Assembly (NCBI GenBank): GCA_963575745.1
Contig: CAUYUJ010000002.1
Coordinates: 186,001-250,000, forward strand
Source of the DNA: Prorocentrum cordatum
Taxonomy: Eukaryota
Direction of reading: 5' to 3'
Length of the DNA stretch: 64,000 nt
Part shown: one piece after another, positions 27,831 to 39,849 of the stretch
Position numbering within the stretch: position 1 is the first letter of the stretch
Layout: the number at the start of each line of letters is the position of its first letter
Made by a program: the position numbers and the translations under genes
The notes under the pieces: generated by a model
Databases searched by the model: none
Seen by the model: only the letters and a program-made list of their open reading frames with translations
Told to the model about the DNA's origin: nothing

Positions 27831-28884
27831 GGGGTGCGACAGAGAAGAGCTATTCTGGAGAGGCTCAGGAGGAGGAGGACGAGGAGGAGGAGAAGAACGA
27901 GCAGAACGAGGAGGAGGAGGAGGAGGAGGAGGAGGAGGAGGAGGAGGAGGAGGGGGAGAAGGAGGAGGTAAAGGAGGAGTAGGGGGAGGAGGAGGAAGAG
28001 GAGGGGGACTTCGTCCTAGCCTTCACATCTCTCCCCCTCCCTCTCCATTCCTCCTCCCCCGCACTCTCCCCCTCATCCTTGTCCCTCTCCGCCTCAGTTC
28101 CCCCTTCCCTAAATCACCGCTCCTCCTCCCCAGCACGCTCCCGTTACGTGCCCCCTCCCTCTTGTGTTTCTTTCTTCCTGTCCTGTCCTCATCCTCATTG
28201 GTTCCTTGAGCTGGCGGTCGAAATGTTTCTCTCTACCTCTTAGGCGTTCCAGCGACCGCTGCAAGCCCAGACGAAATCGGGCCGTGTCCCGGCGAACCCC
28301 AGACCATTTTCCAGATTGCTATTCTCTGAGGTTGACGTGCAGGATGCATCCTGCGCAGCTCCACTTGATGAAGAGGACGATGAGAAAGGATAACAGGATA
28401 CATAGGAAGGGACGAAGAGGAAATAATAATGTTGATGAGGAGGAAGAGGAGGAGTTGGAGGAGGAGAAGCAAGACAGAGTAGATGGAGTGGTGGGAGAAG
28501 GGAGGAGGAGAGCAGGAAGCCTCTCTCTCCTCCCTCCTTCTGCCTCCCTCCTCCCTCCCCCCCCTCCTCCCTGTCCCTCTTCCTCCCTTCTCCCTTTTCC
28601 TCCTCCCTGTTCCTCATCCTGCCTCCTCCCTCCTCCTGGCTCCTCCTCCCTCCTGCCTTCTCCTCCGACGCCGACGCCTACGCCAACGCCAACGCCGACG
28701 CCGACGCTGACGCCGCCGCCGCCGCAGACGCCGCCGCCGACGACGACGCCGACGACGACGACGACGACGCTGCCGACGCCGACGCCGACGAAGACGTCGA
28801 CGCCGACGACGACGGCGCCGCCACCGACGACAACGACGACGACGACGGCAACGACGACGACGATCGGAGGCGCCGCGGACAGAG

Positions 28885-28943
28885 GCCCGCTGGTGGCGGT
28901 GCCTGGCGCGCGGGAGCCTCTGCGCCTCGGCGCGCGGCTGCAG
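28885..28943 (+). CDS. Candidate internal exon (G-PLVAVPGAREPLRLGARLQ)
   Basis: ag|G acceptor, CAG|gc donor, high GC3; the phase 0 end matches the exon at 29660. Confidence 0.45.
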
Positions 28944-29659
28944 GCGCCTCCCACCCGCCGCCGCCGCGCGGTCCTCCGCCGACGACGGTCCTCCGCCGAC
29001 GACGCCGAGCTGCGGCGGCGAGCGGCGGCGAGCGCCGAGCAGCGAGCGGCTGCGAAAGGCGGCGAGCAGCGAGCGGCGCCGCGGCGGCTGCACCCAGCGT
29101 GGCGCACGCACGGGAGTAGGAGGAGGAGGAAGAGGAGGAGTAGGAGGAGTGGAGGCGGAGGCGGAGGCGGAGGCGGGGGCGGGGGCGGAGGCGGTGGCGG
29201 ATGTCGAAAAGTAAGACAAGTATATCCTTGGGGAGTACGGACCGACGTTCTCACCCCCTTGGCCCTCAGAAGAGTTTCGGCACCACCTTTGATTTCTACC
29301 CCCACTCCTTCGCGGGTGCTACTGGCACTGCAGAATGTGAGGTGCCTCTGAGGTGGTAATTGGAGGGTTCCCTGTTGTTCAGGTAGGGCAACTGGTCGAC
29401 CTGAACCTTGGGCGATTGAGTGTTTGAGGAGGAGGAGGAGGACGAGGAGGAGGAGGAGGAGGAGGGAGGAGGCAGGATGAGGAGGGGGAGGAGGATGCAG
29501 GGGACAGGAGGAGCGGGAGGAAGAGGAGAAGGAGGAGGAGGAGGAGGAGGAGGAGGAGGAGGATGCATAGACAGAGAGAGAGAGAGAGTCTCCTCCCCTT
29601 CCTGCATGTTGCCCTCCTCCCTCCTGGCAGCTCGCCGAACGCCTGCCGTGGCCCCGCAG

Positions 29660-29716
29660 GCCGGGGACCTGGAGTTCACGCTGCCGCTGCTGCTGGCGCC
29701 CCGGGGTGCCGCGGAG
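29660..29716 (+). CDS. Candidate internal exon (AGDLEFTLPLLLAPRGAAE)
   Basis: ccccgcag|G acceptor, 18 of 19 codons end in G/C, GAG|ga donor (3' end uncertain). Confidence 0.55.
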
Positions 29717-30046
29717 GACCGGCGGTGGGTGCTCAAGAGACGGGGGTCAACGCAGACGGGGGTCAGCCAGGGCACCGGATCCTGCAGGATCCTGCGAAGA
29801 CTCCCTCTGGCTGACCCGGATTAGCGAGCCGCTCGTGGCCGCGAGGCGGCCGCGCATATTGGCTGACCTGGGTTTGCGAAGACTTGCATTGCGATTTGTT
29901 ATCCTGCATTGATTGCAGTTGTTTAATGTTCTGCTGACCCCGGTCTGGATTGACCCGGGTCAGAAGATCCCCGAGGCGGGGTGGCCTGCTCGTCGCTGCG
30001 CTCTGCTGGTGTCCCTCGCCATACTGTGGCCAAGCGAGCGACAGTG

Positions 30047-30223
30047 CAGTGGAAACCCATGCCGATAAACACCTTGCTTGCCTCCAGGGTGTCCTGGGTC
30101 TCTTGGGCTTCCATGCTCTTGCTGGGGAAAGCGCGACGTTCCCACACCAAGAAATCCATGGACGTTCAGGGGTCTGCGGGTTGAGTTTCTTGTGGGAGGT
30201 TTCTTGTGGTCGAGTTCCTACTG
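30047..30223. mobile_element. ~177-bp CAGT...ACTG MITE (Tc1/mariner-like termini), copy 1
   Basis: Collinear with 39144-39319; termini cagtggaaac / gttcctactg. Confidence 0.6.
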
Positions 30224-30650
30224 CATTTTTTTTTTTTTTTTTTTTTTTTTTTCTTTTTTTTTGTTTTAATCCAATCGAGACTACGACCATGCGCCCGAGG
30301 CACCTTCCGCAGCCGACTCCCCCCCCGCCTCCCTGGACTTTTCCCTCCCATTGGGTCCCCTGTGTGTTTGTGTGTGTGTGTGTGTGTGTGCACCCTATCT
30401 CTCCTTCTTGTTCTCCCCTCGACCATCGCCATCTCAGCTCAGGCATCGATGTATACTGGCGTCGGGACCCCTTCCCTGGAGGAGAGCCCTGTCGTCATCG
30501 TCTCTATCCTGCGCACCCCTGGACGGGTTGGGCGCTGGGCGAGGGGGTGAGCTGCTCCGTTGGGCGCGCTTCTTTGGAACGCCGAGTTCCCGCCTGCACA
30601 TTTTGCTCGCCTCACTGCCCATCCGTTGCTGCTTCGATGCTGGCGCGCGA

Positions 30651-30836
30651 TGACGAACCAACAACACACACCCATACCCATAGGGGGGTCGGAGAGGGCT
30701 ATGGGTGCGTGTTGTCGGATGAGCCCCCCTCGAACGGGAGCGTTTCCCAGGGTCCGACAACCCGCACCAATACCCATAGCCAGTCCTCCTCTCAACGACC
30801 CCCCTATGGGTATGGGTGTGTGTTGTTCGTTCGTCA
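30651..30836. mobile_element. MITE with ~41-bp near-perfect TIRs
   Basis: tgacgaaccaacaacacacacccatacccataggggggtcg ... cgacccccctatgggtatgggtgtgtgttgttcgttcgtca. Confidence 0.8.
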
Positions 30837-31000
30837 CGCGAGCTGCGTGGCGTAGCTGTTTGGCCAGCGGCACCCCCTGCCGGCCGCGACTTCGCCGCCG
30901 CTGGGCAGACACGGCCGCGCTGCGGCCTGACTGGTGCGAGGCGGCGAAGATCTCGCGCGGGCCTGGGCGCCTGCGAGCCGTGCCCCCCCCTCGCGCGCTC

Positions 31001-31165
31001 GCGCGTCGTCGACCAGCCACAACTGGGGGAGATGTGGTCCTTACCCCCCCTGGGGGACCCATCGATTTCGACCCCCCCCCCTCGAGAGGTCGTCGATGCG
31101 ATGGGTTCCTACAGGGGGGTAAGGACCACAGCTCTCCCAGTTATGGCTGGTAGGCGTCGACGCGC
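31001..31165. mobile_element. Foldback hairpin element (~65-bp arms)
   Basis: accagccacaactgggggagatgtggtccttacccccc... pairs with ...ggggggtaaggaccacagctctcccagttatggctggt. Confidence 0.8.
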
Positions 31166-32109
31166 CGTGCGGAGGGAGCTCCACACGATGGGAGGGTATT
31201 TTACGGCTTCCTCGAAACGCAGCTCCGTTTGTGATCCTTTTTGTTACTCATTGTTTTGCCGATCGGCGCGGGCCCTCGCACCCTCCCTCCCCCCCCCTCC
31301 ATGGTGTAGCTCTTGGCTGGTTTTTGGCGCCTGCTCCGAGCGGGTGGAGCCTCCCCTAGAGGCAGCACTCGTGCAAACAGTCGCAGTCGCACTGAGCAGA
31401 GTTCGGGATCCAGACTCCCCCCCCTTCGGCCGAATCGCCGAAACGCCGAATATACGAAGACGCTCACCTTCTGGCTTCGGCTGCTTCAGCCTCTGAGCGA
31501 GTGGTGGTGCGGAGTGCCGTCGGAATCCCCCTCGGCTGCGGATCGCCCGGGAAGCGCGGGCGCGACGGCTTCATGATGTCGAGCTGCGCGTCGCGGCGAG
31601 CTGCCCACGAGCGGCGCTGCGAGCGACGCCCGCGGCCGGGGATCTGCCGCGGCGGGCCGCGCGGCAGACCATCGCCGATGCGGGCCGCGCGGCGCCCGTG
31701 GCGCGCGCGAGCGGGCACGAGCGCGCACTGCCGGACTGCTCGCCTTCTCGCAGCTGGCGCGGCGCGCCCCCCCCACAGGAGCGCCGTGCGCAGTGGGAGC
31801 GGACGGTCCCTTGTTTCGGAGGGTGGACAGACGCCCCTCGGGTCACTATTCCAGGCCTCGTAGATTCGGAGGTTGATAGACCTCCTACCCCGACACGTCG
31901 ATGAGTGAATTGACCGTTTTCGGTTCGCGAGAGGGCGTCGCGGCCGTCATTTTTGCGGGTCCAGGTCCGTCGGTTTCGGTCCTAGGCCGTTCTCACTAAA
32001 GGGAGGTTTACTAAATGGAGGTTTGTCCACCGCCGAGTTCTGCGCGTCTTGTCCAGGAAAGACGCACGCGGCTGGGCGATTGTTGCTGTCGTAGCAGGTC
32101 TTCCCGAGC

Positions 32110-32309
32110 GGCCTCCCAGACGGCGGCCGAGTAGATGACTAGATGGGGTCGGAGGGTCACTCTGCATCGCCGATGCATCGGCGATGGCTTGATGCGGGCC
32201 CGATTTTCTCCACGCCGACGTCGTGGCTGTATCGCCGATGCATCGGTAATGCATCGACGATGCGGTGCGATATTGCGACCCCGTGTGCTCCGACCCCATC
32301 TGGGAGGCC
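32110..32309. mobile_element. MITE family B (GGCCTCCCAGATGGGGTCGG TIR), copy 1
   Basis: agatggggtcggag ... ctccgaccccatctgggaggcc; interior (ttttctccacgccgacgtcg, gccgatgcatcgg) shared with 56747-56950. Confidence 0.75.
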
Positions 32310-32370
32310 TCCAATCGCGGGAACTGGAAGTCTGAGTCGAAGACGAGGAACATCTCACGAACATCAGCAT

Positions 32371-32523
32371 TCGGAGCTCCGCGCGGATTGTCTTGGATCG
32401 GCGTTGGCCCCCCAGCGGCGCCTCCAGCGCCGCCCCTGGCGCGCTTGGGCGCCGCCCCTGGCACGCTCCGCGCGCCAGGGAGTGGGTCCGGTGCCGATCC
32501 AGAAAGTCCGCGCGGACCTCCGA
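32371..32523. mobile_element. Foldback/MITE family C, copy 2
   Basis: tcggagctccgcgcgga ... tccgcgcggacctccga; interior homologous to 18341-18481. Confidence 0.75.
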
Positions 32524-32816
32524 GAAATGTTGTTTATGCAGCTTCCGGTTCCTCTACTCAGCGGATTCGCGAATAGCTGTTCGCCAGGAGAGGCATCTGC
32601 CAAGACCAGGCAGGACGATTCCCAACCATCCTGTGGTGTTGGGTGCTCGTTTTGAAGAGAGCGCCCCGCGTTCCTCTCTTCCTCTCCTCCTCCTCCACAT
32701 CCTCCTCTTCCCGCTCCCCCCTCCTCCTCCCTCTCCTCCCTCCTCCCTCTCCTCCTCTCTCCTCCCTCCTCCCATCCCTGCCTCTGCCCTCCAAATGTCT
32801 ACCAGCTCAGCGCACC

Positions 32817-33305
32817 CAGCGCTTCGTAGCCCCATATGGAGCTCCACCTATTGCCTCGGTGGCGGTGTTTGCATGCGTCTCCCCGACCTAGTACAGCGCA
32901 TCGTGGCCCCATAGGGGGCTCCACCGAAGGCCCCAGTGGCGGTGTTCGCATGCGCTCCCACCCTCAGGACAGCGTTTCGTTGCCCCATAGGAAGCTCCAC
33001 CGAAGGCCCCAGTGGTGTTCGCATGCGTCTCCCCCACCCAATTCAGCGTTTCGAGGCCGCACAGACAGTTCGGCCGAAGGCCCCGGTTGCGGTTTTCGCA
33101 TGCATTACCCCCACAGCACAGCGTTTCGTGCCCTCAGTGGGAGCTCCACCAAAGGACTCAGTACAGCGCTTCGTGACCTCACAGGGAGCTCCACCGAAGT
33201 CCCCAGTGGCGGTGTTCGCACGCGTTTCCCATGTTCAGGACAGCGCTTCGTGGCCAAATAGGGAATTCCACTGAAGGTCCTAATGGCCGCAGGTCGCATG
33301 CGCGC
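32817..33305. repeat. ~75-bp degenerate tandem array, about 7 units
   Basis: cagcgYttcgtggccccatagggagctccaccgaaggccccagtggcggtgttcgcatgcg at 32817, 32894, 32970, 33044, 33119 etc. Confidence 0.9.
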
Positions 33306-35849
33306 CTCCTCCCAGATTGCAGCACTTCGCGTGCTTCGCGGCACCATGAGATCCCCCGAAGGCGATACCCGCAACCACGGTACTCACAGCTGCATATGGC
33401 TGGGTCTTTCTCCGGGAATTTCGCGAGTTCATGGCGCGCGCGGGGCGCGATCCCGCAGTGCAGCGGTCGCTCTGTAGTGGCCCGCGCGCGTACGCTCACT
33501 TCGTGGAATGGAGAATCATGTCGGTCCTCGGTGGTGCTCCCGCGCCCGCGCGTCACCGAAGATTCCAGCACCAGACTCGAGATTTGACATCGATCGCCGT
33601 GGTTTGCGGACGCAATTGCTTGTGGCCGCGGCGCGAGGTCGTTTAGGAGCACAGGGGTACACAGGTGGCGTCATACCATGAGATGAGGGTGAGGCCCAAT
33701 ATTTCTTGAGGTCAGACGCGGAGGAGACAGGGGGAGGACGATGAGGAAGCTAGGGATCGAGTGTAGGGGGCAGTGCTATCTCAGGGCGGGGTGGGTGAGG
33801 AGAGTTGGAAGCCAGCTCAAAAACCCACGGTCGTCTGGTCTCATGTTTGTTCGGCCTTGTTGTATTATCTCGCAGTTGCTGCTGCTGCAGGTTTTTATGC
33901 TCCTTCTGATCAGTCATGCGGCATCCTGCTTCGGTAATTTCTTCCTCCCTGTCTGGTGCTTATCCTCATCCTCGTTTTTTCCTCTCCCTTCTTATCCCCA
34001 AACTGTTTCCGGTGCTTCATGCTCCTTACTGCTCCTTGCTGGGGGTCCTCCTCCTCCTCCTCCTCCTCCTCCTCCTCCTCCTCCTCCTCCCTCGCTGCGT
34101 TTCTGCTCGATCATTTTCCCTCCCTCCTGCGCGCCCTGCTGCTGTTTGTTGCTCTCCCTGAGCCCGTTGCCGTTGTCGTACATCCACCCTTCTCCTCCTC
34201 CCCACCCTCCTCCCCCTCCCCTCGTCTTCCCCGCCTCTTGATTCGCCTACCCTCCCCCCCCTGCCTCCTCACGCGAGGAACTCCGCGACGCGAGCCACGC
34301 GTGCCGCTTCCAATGGACTGGGCCGCCCCGACGAGCGTCAATGCTGTCTCGCATCATGGAGTGCAGAGACGGGGGATCTTCGGTAGCAAATCATAGGAGC
34401 CTCGTATAACCTCGCAATTCCGTCTTTAGAGTGCACAAGCGTCGATTAGCGTTGTGTAATCTATTACTGTTGGTGTAGCGTCGCTTAGCGTCGACTAGCG
34501 TCGATTAGCGTCGACCGTCGACTCGCAAGGGCCAACAAGATGCTATGGGAGGCTCTACTAAGTTGCCACAGAAGCGGCCAAGGGGAAGGAGGAGAGGGGG
34601 GAGCTGCCATGGATGATGAACCATTCGAAGGAATTGGTTGGACAGTGCAGCAAGAGAGCTGAACATGAAGAGCAGAGGATACACGGCGCTGAGTTGCAGT
34701 GCCCCTCCCAGCTCTCTGTTTCCACTGCAGGGCGGGAGGAGGCCTCGATCCACGACCACTCCCGCGTTCCTCGGACAGCCGATCGCCGAGACGCGATCCC
34801 CGATCCCCGGCCTCAAATTAGCATGACGGCCTTGCTCCTCGGACCTAGGAGGAGGAGGGGGTTGAGCAGGGCTTGGATCTGGGATCGAGGAGGAGGATGA
34901 CGAGGAGGAAATGGAGGAGATGATGGAGGAGGAGGAGGACTAGAAGGAGGAGGAGGTGGAGGCCCGAGGTTCGAAGCTCGAGGATCGCGGGATCGTGATT
35001 CCAGAGTCGAGGATACGCATCGGGATCGAGGGTCGAGGATCGAGAATTGAGGGTTGAGGCTTTTTTTGGTTCGAGGTTCGACAGGCAATGTTCGAGGAAC
35101 GAGAGTCGAGAATCGCCGCACCGTGATTCGCGAGTCTGCCTTTGTCTCGGAGGGCTTCGACGAGGACGAAACGGGGTACGCGGAGAACAAGGAGGATAGC
35201 AAGGCGGAGGAGGAGGAGGAGGAGGAGAAGGAGGAGGAGGAGGAGGAGGAGGAGGAGGAGGAGGATGGGGTGGGCAGAGAGTAGGAGGAGGAGGAGGCGA
35301 AGAAGTTGGATCGGCGGGGTGAGTTCGGAGGGAAGGATGAGGGAGGCCAGAGCAGGAGGAGGAACAATTTTAGCTGCAGGAGGATGAGTGAGGAGGATGA
35401 ACAAGTGGAGGAGGAGGAGCAGAAGGAGGACGAGGAGTAGGTGGAGGATGAGGAGGATGAGGAGGAGGAGGGCAACATGAAGGGCAATGATGACCTGTTT
35501 GGCCCTTTTGCGCAGCACAGCATGCAGAGAAAAGAACAGAGGAGGACAAGAGGGTGAGGGCTTCAGCGGTCGGGCGAAGGAGGCGAACGCTCCGACCTGC
35601 TGGCAGCCCCTGCTGCAACCACCGCTCTTTCTCGCTCACAAGCCACCGCCTGGACCGTCGTGGGAGGCCCCGCATATCTCGGGAACTTGCCTTTTGCAAT
35701 CCGGGAGAGATTCTTTCTTACTTGCGGGCAAGCATTCGCCTGCAAGTTGGCGGCCGTCGATTGTGGCAGTCTTGCCACAGACGTGACAGCAATACATGCA
35801 GAAACGATCCCAGTAGCTAAGGCGATGGGACCGATGCAGAGTCAAACCT

Positions 35850-38700
35850 CCGACCGAAACAGGGCCAGGGACCTAAGACACGACATCGAGCGGCCAGGAC
35901 ACCGACGAACCCGAGCATGGCGACGAGCAAGCATCCAGGAGCTGGGATTGAGTCGTGAGCTGGCCGCACTTGGAGCACCTCCAACGGGCTCCACAACGTG
36001 CAAAAGCGTGAGCGCTGGCACGAGCAGCGCGCTTCTCCTTGGATCCCAAGCGGGCCCTCTCCAAGGTCCCCGAATCCTCTTTGGGTTTCTTGGAGTCAGC
36101 GGCGGCTGCGTCCGCGAGGGCTCGGCGGGCCCTCCTCCGGACGAGAGCGGCGGTGGTGTCCCACAGATCTGTGGGAGGGACAACAGCGGCCGAAAGAAAC
36201 TGCAAATAATCGCCGACTGAACCTGGCGAGCTCGCGCCGAATGCAAAATAAATCGCCGCCCTCAGAAAGATCGGCCCCAGCCTCATGCTTGGAGACCTGC
36301 TGCAAATGCTAAACCCGAAAATCGCTCATCAGATCGTCCAGCAATTCGCCAAACTCTAACTCCGAAGGATCACAGCCCTCCCGAGTGGAAGTGGGAATGG
36401 TCCAATCCTCAACAACGCCAGCGAGCGTGCGTCGTTGCCAGAGCACTGCTGACTGAGGATCCCGCCCTGCATCTAGTAAAGTGGCCTGCACAGCAGACAT
36501 GGGGCCCTTGTCAACTCGCCAGCGTCGGCGACCCGCCTGGCGGAGAAAAACGAGGGACTTGGACCGTGACCTTTCGACCCTCGAGTGGTAGACAGGATGT
36601 TTTTGCCAGGAGCAAAAATATTCAGCCAGCAATCGGCGACGGACCTCAAGGCCAGGATCCTTTAAGCCGTACATAGCCTCCAGCACCGTAGTGAGACATC
36701 GATCTGGCAGACGGCCTACGGCCGCAGCGGCCGCATGCCGTCGAGGCGAAAACACACTGGAAGGCGCGAGCCCTTGAATTTGGTGAGCATACGTGGCTTG
36801 AGGGAAAGCCCCAGTGGTCCAAAGCCCATGGGTTACCTTCCTGAGACGGGCATGCTGCGGCATGCGACGAATCCCATGAAACCTCAGAAAGGTAGCCTGA
36901 AATCCGGCCTTGGCCTTGCCAAAAGACCGATGCCTACCAGCACTGACGTCGGTCCCAAGATCCGCCGCCGCCTGAGCGTAACGCACTGGGAGACCACGAC
37001 GATGGAGACGAGCAGACACGCGACGACCGAGGGGAGGAGAGGAGGGTATCAACAGAGTCTTATCCGAAATCCCAAGCCGGGCCTGCTCGAAAAAGTCGTG
37101 CAGGCTCGCGGCGGATGCAAAGATCTGCTCCTCGACTGCCTCGGCCGGGCCCTCGACCCTCGAACCGGTGTCGTCGGTAAACGTCCAGGGTGTCGCGCAA
37201 GCTGCCTGCTGATGGGCGGTCTGCAGGAGGAGATGCGGGAAGACCTTCGCCGATCGCACGCCGTGGGGCGATCCTGCGACCAGAGAGCGCGTAGCCTGAA
37301 TCCTCAACCTGCGCGGATCCGCGCACAATTGAGTTTCGAGACTGACCACAATGGCTGGAAACTTCAACTGCAAAGCGCCCTGGCCGAGGAGCACCCAGGA
37401 GTTGCTATCATACGGTCTCTCCAGATCCAAGAGAAGAGTGGCCGAAGTGACGCCGAGGTAGGACGCCGTTTCGTCCAGAAGGGAACGGTCGAGAGCGGCC
37501 TGCAGCGCAGGACTGCCGGCAATCGCAGTGTCCAAGAAAACGCCCAACTCTTGGGTCCACTGGGTAGTGAGACCATACCGAAGACGAGACCACACCTTGG
37601 CACATTCCGCCGAGAGGCCGATCGTTCGTTCCCCCCCTCGCGAGCCTTGGGGAGGAGGACTCTGATCGAGGCAAACAAGTGGGTGGGCCAAACATTCTCG
37701 GCCTCGACCGCGCTCAGCAATGAGAGGTACAACTGCTGTCCTGCAGAGGGCATTCGCTGGAGGTCCACGGGGGTGAGACCATCCAATCCTCGCGCCTTGG
37801 CGGGGAGAGAACGTAGCACTACATCGAGCATCGCTTCCGTCAAGGGCGGAAGCTCAGAGCAGTCAGAAACGCGCCCAAGCTCATTCAGAATGCACAAATG
37901 GCAGACTCCTGATCGACTGGGTCCTGCCATAATGAATCCCACTCCTCTCGCCGGGCGCCGTGCTGAGCAGCAGGTTCAGAGACATATTCGGCATTCCGAA
38001 CACCTTCATGGGCAACAACAGCGGGTTCTTGAACAAGAGAGTGGACAAAGCCTGGTTTGGACTTCCACTGCTCCAGCGCCCACTTTGTGAACTCCTGCCG
38101 ATTGCGCGTCATCCAGTTGGCCTGAATGCGGCCAGCCATGCGAGAAGTGAGCGACACTAGATCATCACGCTCCGCCTCAGTGGACGACCCCAGGTTGCGG
38201 GCTCACAAGAGCCAGGTGGTGCGGCGTTCACCCCTTTCCTTCCCGAAGTACTCGTCACAGTCCAGACCCTCAAACTCCAGGCAGCGCCGACACAACACCT
38301 GAAGACAACCCTCTTCCTGCCTAGGGTCCTTGCCACGACGATTCAAGGCCACCCATCTGTCGACGAGCGTGCTGACTACGCCCCACCACTCGGCGCGGCC
38401 ATCCGCCATGTGGGCTCGCCCAGGTTTGGCGCGAGACTTCTGCCAGCGCTCGATGTATCCCGAGGCGCGCCCCAGCAGAGAGACGAGCTCGCTGCCCTCC
38501 GAGCCATGGTGGCGGGCAACAGCCTGCTCCAAAATAGACACCCATCGACCGTACAGAAAGGTGACGTGGTCGCGGCCCGAAGAGTTCCTGGTCTGAACGA
38601 AGTGGCTGTCATGCACCCCCTGGCAAGTGGAGGAAAGCGAGCTCGAGGAAACCGTGGAAGCCAACGCACCCCAGATCTCAGCATCGATGGGATATGCAAC
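35850..38700 (-). mobile_element. Decayed non-LTR retrotransposon ORF2 (RT core largely in one frame)
   Basis: ORF 37364-37942 (KARGLDG...WP...LLPK) frameshifts into ORF 36309-37691: GGERTIGL, LLLDLERPYDS (D-x-x-K-x-Y/F-D box), SLVAGS, TFTDD (37170-37184), DLG. CxxC remnants near 35950-36010. Boundaries approximate. Confidence 0.9.
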
Positions 38701-39143
38701 AGGGGGCGAGGATGTGCTCGAGACGACCTCCAGGAGGAGGAGGAGGAGGCGGAGGAGGAGGAGGAGGAGGAGGAGGAGGGGGAGGTTGGAGAGAGGCGTT
38801 CCCAGGCTCAGACTCAGAATCTCCTCCTCCTGCCCCCCCCTTCCTCCTGCGAGGTCGAACCTCAAACCTCCCAGCCGCGGGCTGCCTTTGCGGAGGGGAC
38901 GGAGGATGCTTTGGGATCGAGGACCGCGGGACCGAGGACCGCGGGATCGAGGGTCGAGGGTCTAAGGTCTGAGGGCCGAGGGCCGAGGGCCGTGGACCGC
39001 AGGCCTGGAAATCGAGGTTCGGAGGACCGCGGGACCGACATGGAGGACCGGGGACCTCGCGGGACCTCGAGGGACACAGATCTCCGACGTCGCGGTCTTG
39101 TGGACAGCGTCGGCCCCGGCGAGGGCCGGAGGCCGAACATGCA

Positions 39144-39319
39144 CAGTGGGGGCCCATGCCAAGAGACACCCTGCTGGCCTCCAGGGTGCCCTGGGTTTCT
39201 AGGGTTTCGATGGTGTTGCTGTGGAGAGCGTGACGTCCCCACGCCAGAACTCAATGGACGTCCTGGGGTTCCAGGGTTGGGTTTCTTGTGGAAGGTTTGT
39301 TGTGGTCGAGCCCCTACTG
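39144..39319. mobile_element. ~176-bp CAGT...ACTG MITE, copy 2
   Basis: cagtgggggc ... gcccctactg followed by TA; collinear with 30047-30223. Confidence 0.65.
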
Positions 39320-39652
39320 TAGAACAAAGGCTGCCGCTGTTCGAGTTCACAACGAGGGGAAGCTGTGTGGTCGGGCCATAACTCGGGCCTCTGGCGGCCG
39401 TTTGGGACGATCTGGGCACCCCGAGACGCTAATTCAGGCATTCCGAAGCTGGAAAATCGACGGGGAGGGCCGACGAGAACGCCAACAGCCCTCGATCCGC
39501 CGTGATCGTTTTCGCAGCGAGGGGAAGTGGAGGGACCCTGGGGGCACCGCTCGGTGCCACCGTGCCTTAAGCGCAGTGTGTCGAGGCCGCTTCGTGGTCC
39601 CTCCCTCGCCCTTCGTGCTCTCTTTCGCGCGCGCTCTGCCGCTACAGTCTGA

Positions 39653-39801
39653 GCCTCCCGGATGGGGTCCGAGTGGATGGGGTCGAAGGAAAGCGCCGCC
39701 TCGCCGATTCATGTGCGGTGTGGCTCGATGTGGACCCCGATGCTTTGCACACCGACGTCGCCAATGTGTCGCCGACGTCTTCCGAGCCTATTTTGGAGGC
39801 C
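39653..39801. mobile_element. MITE family B, internally deleted copy
   Basis: gcctcccggatggggtccgag ... tccgagcctattttggaggcc, with a ccgacgtcgcc interior. Confidence 0.55.
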
Positions 39802-39849
39802 TCTATGCATTATGTTCTTACGGCATTTATTGATGGATGGTGTTACTGT

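Noticed and set aside
36735..38090. 451-aa + strand ORF
   Set aside because: Antisense shadow of the minus-strand RT.
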